Origin: Malacoraja senta
Lineage: Eukaryota
Reading direction: 5' to 3'
DNA length: 20,000 nucleotides
Assembly: GCA_038087875.1 (NCBI GenBank)
Contig: JAXLNO010000261.1
Location: forward strand, 56,919-76,918
Position 1 is the first letter of the stretch, and each line of letters begins with the position of its first letter. Shown in pieces: positions 9,431-19,705 of the stretch. The notes under the pieces were generated by a model. It did not search any database and was not told the origin of the DNA. It was given only the letters and a program-made list of their open reading frames with translations. Made by a program: the position numbers and the translations under genes.

Positions 9431-10556
9431 TTTGCTGGAACTGCTTGAGACATGTAGAATCTACCACTGCAGATCAGAAACCGCATTTGTTGTTAGTTGC
9501 ATGGTTCTATCAAAATGACCAGCATGCATTCTCAGTGCCTGTTCTTTAACTCTCTGCAGCTGTTGATAATGTAATGGTCCGTATTGGACTGCTGGGAATG
9601 CTGCTACTAATTTTCCCAGTACTCGAGCCACCTGTCTGATTGAGGGTTTTTGCTCGTTTAACAGATTACTGCAATCTTTAATCAACTCCGCCCTTTTTTC
9701 CCTGGGCAAAGTAATTTTCATTTGAACTGAATCAATTGTGAACCCCAAATAATCAATCGAGGTACATGGTGTTAACCTTGATTTCTTTGGATGAATTAGA
9801 AACCTCAAACTTTCAAAAGTTGATTTCACAACTGCAACAGATGCTTCTGTTGACTCTTTTGTCCTTCCTATAATCAGGACATCATCCAAGTATGCCATTA
9901 GTACATGCCCCTGGCTTCTCAGCAACCCCAGAATTGGTTTTAACAATTTTGTGAATATTCTGGGAGCGGACGTTAACCCATTAGGCAGGGCTTTGAACTG
10001 CCATAACTGGTTCATCCACGTAAATTTAAGATACTTCCTATCTTCCGAGTGAACAGATACTGAATAATATGCATCTTTTAAATCTATAGTTGCCATATAA
10101 CATGCTTCTGAAATAAGTTGTTTGGCAGTCACAAATGTCTCCATTTTAAAATGTCTAAATTGAACAAAAGGATTCAGACTTGTCAAGTCTAGAATAATCC
10201 TACATCCTCCATCCTTTTTTGATCGAGGGAATACATTTGACACAAATTGGTGAATTTGGTAGACTCCAAATTGATTCTTCAATAACACCTTTTATATATA
10301 GGGTTTCAAGTGCAGCTTGAACCTCCATCACTTCTTTTTGTGCAAAGTGGAGAGTTCTGCTAGGAACATGCTGGACAGGCAAATCATAATTTGGATTGAA
10401 TTCAATTCGAAATCCTTGTATACTATTCAGAATTACCGGATCTGAAGTAATCTTCTTCCAATTGTTATAGAAGAGATGTAATCTGCCTCCAACTTTTGGA
10501 GTTAATCCCGTTAGTATGTTCCCATGAGAACCAGGTCCACCTACCTCTTGAGTCAT
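9431..10556 (-). pseudogene. DIRS reverse transcriptase
   Basis: VGGRLHLFYNNW, PRSKKDGGCRIILDL, FKMET, IDLKDAYY, LPNGLTSAPRIFTK, YLDD, YLGFTID. There is a frameshift at 10265-10271 and a TAG at 9461; the RNase H ORF continues in the same frame. Confidence 0.96.
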
Positions 10557-11720
10557 TTGAGTACCCTGAGATCCCTGGGTTCTCCCGGAAGCACGCCCAC
10601 TGGTTCTTGCTCCCGCTGCAAGCCGCCAGCTACGTCCCTGCGTTGATGAGCGACTTGGTCCTGGTTCAGGATCCGTATGACGTCTGAAAGGATACCTCCT
10701 CTTTACAGACTTTACAACCATCGATGTTTTCATCAATCCTGTTTTTGCTTCATCTTCCAACTCTTTAATACGTCTCCCGAGATTCTCTCCAAAGAGTAAG
10801 TTGGGTAATTGTATATTACTTGGTTTGCAGAGTGCTGCGAATTTCGGATTCATAGTAGGCCGTATAGCACCCTTCCTCAGACAATTGATCTCGAAGTGGG
10901 TGCTGCATAGCAACCCCAGTGCTTCCTGATGCAACTCCGTCATCTCTTGGCTTTTATCCGCTATTCTGGCAAAAGCAGTTATTCCAGAACCCAGCAGCTT
11001 TAATATTCTCTGCAATTTCACTTCTTGAGTTCTCATAGTCATACTCAACTGATTCCAGATGATTTGATTCACTGCTGCTGCTTTCAGCAACACACAGTTA
11101 CTTGGGGTCTCATGGTTTCTTGCAGTCTCAACCATCTCCTGCTGTTCCAGCTGATGGGAAACCAAGTAATTTATTAGGGAGGCCAATTCTTCTCCTAATG
11201 GCTCTCCTGACCCTGACGGGGCAGCGAATCGTACTGCCAGGGGTGGAACATCTGGCAGCTGCCGTTCTTCGCCTTGTACAGCCTCACCGTCAGAGTCGGG
11301 GTCTGAACTCTCATGACCCGTGGCACGCGCCTCATCCCTGAGGGTGCATTCCATCAGCCCTGAACCAGGAGCTGTTGAGCTGCTTTCAGCAGCTTGGGTT
11401 TTGCTTCACTCCTTCCTGAGTGTGCTTCGCTCCAACAGCCTATGTACAAGGCTTTCCATCTGGGCAATCCGCTCAAAAGCGGTATCTAGCCCTGGAGCTA
11501 CTTCCATTGCCTGGGACTCCTCCTCCGTGGGCCGTCTGGATTTAAACTTGGCCTTGCGCCCGACAGGCACTGACTGTGTTCTCACCAGCCCCAGGTCCAC
11601 AGTCGCTACGCTCTCCGCTGGCGATTGTACCGGGGTTAGAGGCGGTCGGTCGCTAACAGCAATCTCCCGACTTTCTGTCGGCTGAGTCACTCGCCTCTTC
11701 CCCTTGCCCGTTTTTTCCAT
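10557..11720 (-). pseudogene. DIRS B gag-like ORF1 with one in-frame TGA at 11406
   Basis: ATG in GCCATGG context at 11720. ORFs 11406-11744 and 10200-11354 share a frame. Homologous to element A gag. Confidence 0.85.
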
Positions 11721-11725
11721 GGCGT

Positions 11726-11794
11726 CTGTGGAAAAAATCCCCACAGACCCACAGTATACGGACCTGGATATACTTGAAAAAAGTTTCTACTTAC
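11726..11794 (-). promoter_or_regulatory. Candidate 69-nt leader intron of DIRS B
   Basis: Donor AAG|GTAAGT at 11795/11794; acceptor TTTTTTCCACAG|ACGCCATGG at 11726/11725. Confidence 0.65.
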
Positions 11795-11870
11795 CTTGTA
11801 GTTGAAAACTACAATTCCACTAGAGGAGCTCTGCTCCTCGCGTCCGTTTGAGTCAAGGCGTCTGACGTAA

Positions 11871-11932
11871 TGACGAGCGGGCGCTCTGGCGGGGTTCTTC
11901 ACGTAGTCACTCACGTGACTCCGAAGTAAAAT
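11871..11932 (-). repeat. DIRS B left ITR / 5' terminus
   Basis: Complementary to 7203-7237 and to ICR 7438-7474. The last 43 bp are identical to 1972-2014. Confidence 0.95.
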
Positions 11933-12090
11933 TCTTGGCAAGGAATTGAAACAAAATACATAAATGCTAACATAAATGGGGATCAGAAGATTTGGATTAT
12001 GTTAGTTGCCTTCCTGACTACTCTTCCTCCTCTGCTAAATTTGGCAACTCATAGACTCCATTGGTAGCAAGAGATTGGATGACTCCCTCA

Positions 12091-12332
12091 ATACCCATGA
12101 CTGTGTAGCCAGACACAGTTCCAATGCCATCTGTAAATTTTCTAACAATACCACCATTGTTGGACGAATAACGGGTAATGATCGGTCAGAGTATCAGAGG
12201 GAGATTGAAAATCTGATTGAATCGGGCCAGAGCAACAATCTTGCTCTCAACGTCATCAAGACCAAGGGGGTAATGGTTGATTTTATAAGGCAAAATCTGA
12301 TGCTCCCACGCCTATCTTCATTGAAGAGTTGG
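12091..12332 (+). mobile_element. Rex1/Babar-type LINE RT fragment
   Basis: THDCVARHSSNAICKFSNNTTIVG...NNLALNVIKTKGVMVDF, with a degenerate KFADDTT motif. Confidence 0.8.
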
Positions 12333-12335
12333 TAG

Positions 12336-12500
12336 TGACATGTCGCGGGGTAATGCCTGTTTGGTCATGAGTAGTGGCCCAAAGAGTTGTACTGCTTTCG
12401 CTGATGGATTTTCAACATTTTAAACATTTTCGGCGACCTGCTGTGACGATGACGGGTACCGGCAAGTCGCCGAAAAAAATCGCTTAAGTGGTACAGGCCT
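12336..12500. mobile_element. Probable one-ended PIF/Harbinger-like MITE fragment
   Basis: CpG-rich segment ending AAGTGGTACAGGCC, resembling a GGGCCTGTCCCACTT-type TIR as recalled from memory. No partner TIR was found. Confidence 0.4.
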
Positions 12501-12616
12501 TTCTCAAGCGGTAATGAGGCCCAGGTGATTGATCCTTGGACCTCCAAACTTAGAACATTCTGAAGGCTTGTTTACAACTAACTGCTGGCAAAATCCATTC
12601 AACTGGATATCTGTTA

Positions 12617-12728
12617 AGGATAGAAAAGGTTTAGAATCCAAATCTACGAGTGTAGATGGGCAACTTGGTCGGTGAGGGAACATTTGGCTGCAGGGCCTGT
12701 TCCCATCCTGTGTGGCTCTATGACTCTC
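12617..12728 (+). mobile_element. CR1 3' UTR fragment
   Basis: GGATAGAAAAGGTTTAGA...TTGGTCGG...AGGGCCTGTT...CTCTATGACTCT tail; similar to 16666-16789. Confidence 0.7.
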
Positions 12729-13061
12729 CATTAACTATTTTAAAATATTTCTGATCATCAGTCATCTAAAAATAGTTCATTTAGATTTATATAATTATTT
12801 TAAAAATGTAAAATAGTAAATTTACTTAAAACCAACATGAACTAATAGAACTTAATTAAAAACATAAAGATATGACTCCAGAAAGTAACATATAAAAAAC
12901 AAGACATTTACAATGCATTTCCAGTCAAGGTCAGTAAGTCCATTTAAATGGCCATGGCTCAGCATCAATGCCATTCACCCTCATCAGACCAAATCACTGC
13001 TGATTACCACATTGGAGTGAATAGGTGCAAAAGTCAGAAAAAAGCTGTTATATGTGGCAGG

Positions 13062-13276
13062 GGTCATAAGGTCATAACTGATTGGAGCAGAATTAGTCTA
13101 GTCAAGTCTACTCCGCCATTCAATCATGGCTGATCTATCTCTCCCTCCTAACCCCATTCTCCTGCCTTCTCCCCGTAACCCCCAAGATACCTGTACTAAT
13201 CAATAATCTGCCTTAAAATATCCATTGACGGACTCCACAGCCTTCTGTGGCAAAGAATTCTACAGATTCACCACCC
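13062..13276 (-). mobile_element. CR1 3' end
   Basis: Reverse complement resembles 5180-5380 (GGTGGTGAATCT, TTGCCACAGAAGGCTGTGGAG, GATCAGCCATGATTGAATGG). Confidence 0.88.
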
Positions 13277-13604
13277 ACAGTCACCAGCAGCCCCCGAGAG
13301 AACTGCCAGCCACATTAGAACAAGTTTCAGCTTTGATTACATTTAAAGTAAACATTGAAATAAGTAGAGAAGGCCACTGGCTCACTGTCACCTCTTTATG
13401 ACACAATGTTAAGTTTTATCTCAATCAATCATAATATAAGAATTAAATCACTAGTCACTTCATGCTGAGAATTAGTGGAAACCTGCACTGACTCCCTAAC
13501 TCAGATTGATAGGTTTTTGTTTGGTTATGGTGTCACTTTCTCATGAATCAAAACCTCGATAGATTGTGCCAGACCCAGCTCCCACCCTTCCCCTCACTTT
13601 CGGC

Positions 13605-14216
13605 CAAAACAGGAAATGCTGGAAGAAGTCAGCAGGTCTGGAGAATGCATAAAGTGAGAGACTGAGTCAGAAATTCAGGCACCTGCCTGTGTCAGAGCTC
13701 GAAAAATGAGACGAGTATGTTTTAGGTTGGGGGGTGTGAGAGGTGGAGAGGACTGTGGTAATGTCTATGGTACACAAAAATGCTGGAGAAACTCAGCGGG
13801 TGCAGCAGCATCTATGGAGCGAAGGAAATAGGCAACGTTTCGGGCCGAGACCCTTCTTCAGTCTAGAATCGCCAAGGTAACCAATACATTTAAATTCTGG
13901 CTGCTTGAAATGGAAAGATAAAGAAACAAAGGAATATATTACACCTAAAATATCCAGCATTACGTACGGAGAGAATAAAAAGAGACCAGTCATCTGAAAT
14001 CTCTGACTTGAATATGTGTGCCTGAACATGCCATTGCCAGAGATGAGATGGTGCTCCTTGTGTTCACAGTGTGCAGTGGTGAACACTGAGGGTGCAGTGG
14101 GAGTGGGTTGCAGGACTAAAGGCACAGGCAATCGGAATCTCAGGGTCATCCCTTTGGACTGAGCGCAGGTGTCCTGCAATGCGGTGACACAGTCTGCATT
14201 TGGTTTCTCTGATGTT
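13605..14216 (-). mobile_element. Old Penelope-like element 3' end (GIY-YIG endonuclease remnant plus pLTR)
   Basis: Minus strand from 14216 reads NIRETKCRLCHRIAGHLRSV, a degenerate YIGETKRRLxxRxxEH motif, followed by KEHHLI. A pLTR-like tail CCTGCTGACTTCTTCCAGCATTT lies near 13615-13637. Confidence 0.65.
13768..13861 (-). mobile_element. Young Penelope pLTR fragment with hammerhead core (13833-13861)
   Basis: Near-identical to 2180-2275. Minus strand reads CTGAAGA-A-GGGT-CTCG-GCCC-GAAA-CGTTG. Confidence 0.8.
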
Positions 14217-14307
14217 AGCAAGAACTCATCATGACCCCACAGGTGGATATTGTTGGATAATTCAGATTTAATTCATCATTCAGATTCACCTTGTTCCATT
14301 GTTCAAG

Positions 14308-14452
14308 GCAACATCCTCGTAAATCTTCTCTGTACCCGTCCAGCTTCACAACATCTTTCCTATACGACGGTGCCCAGAACTGAACACTATACTCTAAATG
14401 TGGCCTCACCAACGTCTGAGACAACTACAACCTGACCTCCCAACTTCTATAC
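14308..14452 (-). mobile_element. CR1 ORF2 fragment
   Basis: [25 protein letters not shown]. Confidence 0.88.
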
Positions 14453-14455
14453 ATA

Positions 14456-15168
14456 AAAAATATGTATATAGAACAGAACTTGTGAATATAAGCTGCGGGC
14501 GTCCAGATGTTTAGACAAGGTAAGTCCAGATAAGTCCTGAATGGGTGCCTCCCCACCGGAGACCGCGGCTTCAAGATGGTGTAGACCGCAGGCCGGCGGT
14601 CGAAGATTTAAAGTCCCTGCCGCAGCCAGAAGCACTGCAGACCGGCGGTAGAAGCTCCCCTCCAGGGGTACGATGGTAAGTCCACGCCGGGCCCGCGGTA
14701 GAAGTAGGCCGCGGGCCGGCAGTGGTGGCTTCTTCTTCTCCCGGGTCCCCCACGAGGGATCCCGGGCTGCGGACGCCGCGCCAGCTGGAGCTCTGCAGAC
14801 CGCGGCTTCCGGCTGCCGGCTGCCGCGGGCCAGCGAAACGGAGCGCTCCCCTCCGGCGAGCCCCAGCGAGGGCTCGCCTGCTCCACGCCGAAAGTCCGCG
14901 CTGTGCCCGCTGCTGAAGCCCCGGGCGCGTTTCCGGGAAAGGCTGCACCGATCCTTGCTGTTAGGCCACGGGGGAGGCGACCTGGAAAAAGTCGCCTCTC
15001 CGTGGGGAAGACGACCGAAACGGTTTCCCCCTTACCCCCCCGCACCACCCCCCACACAAGACACACAAAGAAACATTAAAAACATACTTTAAAAATACTA
15101 AAAAAAAATAAAAAGTTGAAAAAACGAACACGCTGCTGACAGGGCGCCGGCTTGCAGCGCCCCCACCG
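14456..15168 (-). mobile_element. GC/CpG-rich interspersed repeat related to 3047-3839
   Basis: Shared end motif TGTTAGGCC...GTTTCCCCC...AACATTAAAA...CGAACAxxCTGCTGxCAGGGC. Possible 5-bp TSD ACATA (14451-14455, 15169-15173). Confidence 0.6.
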
Positions 15169-16277
15169 ACATATTGCTCATCTTCCATTTCCATGAAAGA
15201 AAGTTAATTTGGGAATGTTCCTTCACAGTACGTGCTTAAGCACAGGAAAATCTCTTGTCATATCCCTGAGCCTTCAACTGCAGAAAGAAAGTTAGAAAGT
15301 GTGAACGTGTTTTATAAAACATGTAGTATTGGATAAAAAATAATTTGCATAGCTAGATGTAACCAATATTTTATCCCACCCCTAAGGACAGCACTGTGCC
15401 CCCCAGACCGACTCCCCTACAGGTTCCACGGCAAATTGATGTCATTGCTAAAGATTGGGTATCAGCACAAATCCCTGTCTCATCTCTTTAAAAATGCTAT
15501 TAGGTCAGAAACTGATCAGAAATAAACCAGTGAAGCTTGTAGTTTCTACAACAGAATGCTCGTTATTGCAAAGATGATAGCAAACACACTGAATCCATCA
15601 TGCATGAGTAGCAAATGTTATTTCAAAGGAGCTCTACAGCAAAACATTCATCAAAGAATAGAAAGGCAACAGGGAGCAATGTTTATTCTATGTAGGTTCA
15701 ATCTGTTTGTCACTATCTTCACTATTCTGCTATGGAGGCTTATTCTGTGGGAGGGAAGGACCCCTATTGTTACACCAAATTGTAACAGCACTCATGTATT
15801 TTATACAGGGCAGTTGAATTGATTGATGATTTGACCTTGGATATTTATGTGTTTATATGCACTGGATACATTGAGTCCATTTGGTGCAGAAACAGAAAAG
15901 GACTGATTTTAACTTGTGATGAAAGGTGCTGAGCATGTAAGATGAAGCAGTCAGTGAACTGACCAGACCCAGTCAGTCGTGCAGATTAGAAGATTTTAAC
16001 TCTCAGACTTGAGTTATTAATGTGGAATCTGCCTCCTTCCAGAAGTTGACTGTGTGCCATAATTAAAGTCAAATTTGGTATAGAGGAAGATGGTCGTAAT
16101 GGGGATGCGGCAAGTAAGAACCGAACATAACGTATGGCCTGACGCAAGTGTGGTCCATTGAATCTTTTTTTTGATATTTCAATGTGTATACTCAAGTGAA
16201 CATGCTTGCAGGCACACCCTGCAACAGATAAGAAAATACTGAGGCTGAGCCAAATGTAACAAAAAAAAGAAAGAACA

Positions 16278-16789
16278 ATGTTGTAGGAAAGATGTTGTTA
16301 AGCTGGAAAGGGCGCGCGGAAGATTTATGAGGATGTTGCCAGGGCACAAAGGCCGAAGCTACAGGGACAGGTTGAGTAGGCCAGGACTTTAATCCTTGGA
16401 GTGCAGTAGAAAGGGTGATCTTTTAGAAGAGTATACAATCATGAGAGGAATAGATCAGGTAAGCGCAGTCTTTTCCCCAGAGTTGAAGAACCGAGAACCA
16501 GAGGTCATAGGTTTAGGTGAGGGTGGGAAGGATTTAATAGGAACCAGAGGGATAACCTTTTTACAAAGTGACAAACGTATATGGAATGATCTGCCTGAGG
16601 AGCTAATTGAGGGAGGCAGGTACTATCATAGCATTTAAGGAGAATGTGGACAGGCACATGGATAGGATAGGGTTAGAGGGTTACGGGCCAAGTGCACACA
16701 GGTGGGTCTAGTGTAGATGGGGCATATTGGTTGGCAAGTTGGGTCGAAGGGTCTGTTTTCACGCTGTATGACTCTATGACTCTATGACT
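16278..16789 (+). mobile_element. CR1 3' fragment
   Basis: RKDVVKLER, KGDLLEEYTIMRGID, IWNDLPEE; (TATGACTC)n tail. Confidence 0.9.
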
Positions 16790-17149
16790 GAGGATAATGG
16801 TAGAATGATACATGTTCCTATGCCTCTCCAGCATACATATCAGCTTCATGTGGACGAATATTGCCATTTTTCTATTATCACTGAGTGGGTTGACAGTGGA
16901 ACTCACCACATCTTGGCATTTTGGAACATATCCCCAAGAAAGATGCCGTTGTTCAAGTGTTAAAAGAAGCCAGGTCTGTGGAACCATGGCCATTCTTACC
17001 ACTGATGCCCAAATACACTTCCTTAAAACCTGTAATGATACCATTTTAATTCAACCTATCCATGATTATTTCAGTTGTGTATGATGGTCAAATAATTGTA
17101 GATTACACGCAACAAATGGTGTTGATGTAAAAAAACCTTCAAATTTGGA

Positions 17150-17250
17150 TGAGGGTAGACAAAAAATGCTGGAGAAACTCAATGGGTGAGGCAGCATCTA
17201 TGGAGAGAATGAATAGGCGATGTTTTGGGTCAAAATCCTTCTTCACACTG
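17150..17250 (-). mobile_element. Penelope pLTR fragment with decayed hammerhead
   Basis: TGCTGGAGAAACTCA...GCAGCATCTATGGAG...CCTTCTTCA, homologous to 2180-2275. Confidence 0.75.
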
Positions 17251-17314
17251 ATATCGGGGGGGGGGGGGGGGGTTGTATTTGTAACACTTTCAATTTCTCG
17301 GCAATGTGGAGAGA

Positions 17315-17585
17315 GAACTGAAAAAGCAAATAGTGTGTTGAAATATATAGTCAAGCCTCTGAAGGGATACTAAGATTTGACAGTGGATTGATCAGACTGT
17401 ACTTGGAGTATCATGTTCAATTCTACTCACCATCTCAAATAGATAAGTACAGCATAGGATGCAATGAAGAGCTGCTAGGAATTTCCACCCATCAGTTTGG
17501 AGATGCTGAATCTCTGTAGTTTAGAATGAGTGTACTTTTGGGAATCTCTTGAGGTTTATTAATAATGAATAGCTCAACAGGGTAC
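17315..17585 (+). mobile_element. Highly decayed CR1 fragment
   Basis: KANSVLKYI and CAGACTGTACTTGGAGTATCATGTTCAATTCT (RxxLEYxVQF-like). Confidence 0.45.
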
Positions 17586-17605
17586 ACCTTAACATAGAAC
17601 TTTAC

Positions 17606-17825
17606 AAGGAACTGCAGATGCTGGTTTACACAAAATAACACAAAGTGCTGGGGTAACTCAGCGTGTCAGGCAGCATCACAGGAGAACATGGATAGGTGGC
17701 ATTCTGGGTCAGGATCCTTCATCAGTGTGGGGAAGGGTCCTGACTCGAAACGCCACCTATTCATGTTCTCCAGAGATGCTGCCTGTTCCCTTGAGTTACT
17801 CCAGCACTTTGTGTCCTTTTGTGTA
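17606..17825. mobile_element. Inverted pair of Penelope pLTR fragments
   Basis: 17627-17720 and 17732-17825 are imperfect reverse complements around an 11-nt spacer. Confidence 0.85.
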
Positions 17826-18246
17826 CAATTAAACATACTTATTTCTTTCAAAAAATATTACAGTAATAAACTCAAAGATAAAATATTGATCTAGTGAAAT
17901 GATTTTGAAATAAAATATATTAAGATGTTTCTTTCATTTAAAAGATTATTAATATATGAAGAAAATGTTGGAACAGAGAAAAACTATTTTGAATATTCAG
18001 AAGAAAACAGGATGCCCGAATGCTAACAATAGAAGTTGAAGCATTAAATTGGTAGTGAAATCATTATATTCTAATGTCCCTCAAAGAACTCTGACCAAAT
18101 ATATTGTTCCTCCTATCAACCACATCTGCCAGTAAGTAATTCTTCTTGAACTGTTTCTGATTTCAATGCGTGCTCCACTCCAATTAATATATTGAAAAGT
18201 AATTTTAAAATGTACAAAGATATGGAAGACTTTAAAGAGGTATAAA

Positions 18247-18520
18247 GGGTGGCACAGTGGCGCAGTGGCAGAGACCTGGGTTTGATCCTGACTATGGGTG
18301 CTGTCTGTACAGAGTTTATACATTCTCCCTGTGATCATGTGAGTTTTCTGTGGTTTCCTCCTACACTCCAAAGGTTTGTAGATTAATTGACTAGAGTGAA
18401 AATTGAAAATTGTACCTCATGTGTAGGATAGTGCTAGTGTATGCAGTGATCGCTGGTTGACGCAGAGTCGGTGGGCCGAAGGGCCTGTTTCCATGCTGCA
18501 CCTCTAAACTAAACTAAACT
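18247..18520 (+). mobile_element. tRNA-derived SINE (HE1/V-SINE-like) with CR1-type tail
   Basis: A box TGGCGCAGTGG (18258-18268), B box GGTTTGATCC (18279-18288), V-like core, GGGCCGAAGGGCCTGTTTCC and (TAAAC)n tail. Confidence 0.85.
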
Positions 18521-19047
18521 CAACGTGCTTCACTCCAACAACAAAAAAGAAAAAAGTTCAAAAACTTAAAAGGTTGTGTAAGATTTTAAAGAGGTAAGAA
18601 TGAATAAACTCACTACAACGTACAAAAATGTAAAAAAAGTAGTTATCCTAACCATTCTTCCCCAGGATCAACCCTGGGGTGTATCGGGATGTTCCTGCCT
18701 CATTGTTGTCTCTGTGCAGTCTGGCCGCAGAACTCAGATGGGAAATTCACTCAAGAGCTGGCCAGTGAATGGGCCCAGGAATTAGAGGCCTAAACTCGCT
18801 GGCAATTAAGTGAGTAAATGCCTGCAGGTCAACGCGACCTTCCTCTCAAATAATCCTACCCTTTCCTAGACCCAACCACCCCCACCAACGTCCACACAAC
18901 TCCACCCCACAGCTCCCCATGAGATTCCTCTTGCCCCTATCGATAAATATATGACAATTATATTCTTATTGAATCCTTTTGTTCCCTTTAGCCAAATCCT
19001 GACAGGAATTAGGAGCCACCCAAATGGGAGAGGTTAGATAGCAGAAA

Positions 19048-19250
19048 ACCCATACATGATACAATCCAACCCACCCACAGTGTTCAGATACAGGATGAAG
19101 GGAATAACGTTAAGTGCAAGATAAAGTCCAGAAAAGTCTGATTAAAGATAGTCTGAGAGTCTCCAACGAGTCAAATGATAGGTCATAAACGCTCTCTAGT
19201 TGGTGATATGATGGTTCAGCAGCCCTTCCAAGCCCAGAAACACTCCCTAT
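19048..19250 (-). mobile_element. Probable LINE (Rex1-like) 3' UTR remnant
   Basis: Resembles a common elasmobranch repeat (GTGCAAGATAAAGTCCAG...CTCTAGTTGGTGATA.GATGGTTCAG). Recognised from memory only. Confidence 0.35.
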
Positions 19251-19675
19251 GGAGCAGAATACTCCTCATAGCAAGAAGAAATACATAGGTAGCAATTTGA
19301 ACCAATTTGAAATTTGCTAGGGAAGCCTTCCAGTCCCAGGAAGAGCTGGAGAAGGTGGAGGAGGTTATGGTGCACAAGGAGATTGTGGAATGAGGAGGAT
19401 GGTGATGTTGAAGACATCCCAAAGTAGCTGCCAGGTTAGGGATCAGCAACCAGAGGTGTGAATCAATGTGGCATTGAGAGAGATACCAAGTAATAGTGAG
19501 CCTCAGTCAAGTGCGAGGTGCAAGAAATTTAGTGCAACAGTTTAAGGCTACCTACTGCCTTGGAGGAATCTGTTGAGGACCATGATTCAGAGTTTTTCAT
19601 AAGAAGACCGATGTTGTTCAAATGTATAGGGTTGCCCGACTGCAAGCAGAAAACGCCAAGAAGTATGGAAACTCT

Positions 19676-19705
19676 ATCTATACAGATCTATACAGATCTA
19701 TACAG
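19676..19705. repeat. (ATCTATACAG)x3 tandem repeat
   Basis: Three exact 10-bp copies at the 5' junction of a Penelope fragment. Confidence 0.95.

Larger units (their letters stand above)
7129..11932 (-). mobile_element. Full-length (4.8 kb) DIRS1-type tyrosine-recombinase retrotransposon B, inactivated
   Basis: Gene order gag, RT, RH, MT, YR. ITRs at 11871-11905 and 7203-7237. ICR at 7361-7474 is complementary to both ends. AAT lies at both termini with no longer TSD. Confidence 0.97.

Noticed and set aside
7722..10288. Bacterial retron, DGR or prophage integrase-RT-methylase system
   Set aside because: Domain order, ITR/ICR structure and flanking vertebrate LINEs/SINEs are fully explained by a DIRS1 retrotransposon.
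7129..11932. Ngaro/PAT-type element or LTR retrotransposon
   Set aside because: Terminal repeats are inverted with an ICR rather than split direct repeats or LTRs, and there is no DDE integrase or protease.
14571..15194. Several overlapping ORFs on both strands
   Set aside because: GC-rich repeat sequence with no recognisable domain.
15556..16195. Short ORFs 15556-15822 and 15986-16195
   Set aside because: No homology recognised; probably non-coding unique sequence.
18247..18295. tRNA gene
   Set aside because: A and B boxes are only 10 nt apart, no cloverleaf forms, and a SINE body and tail follow.
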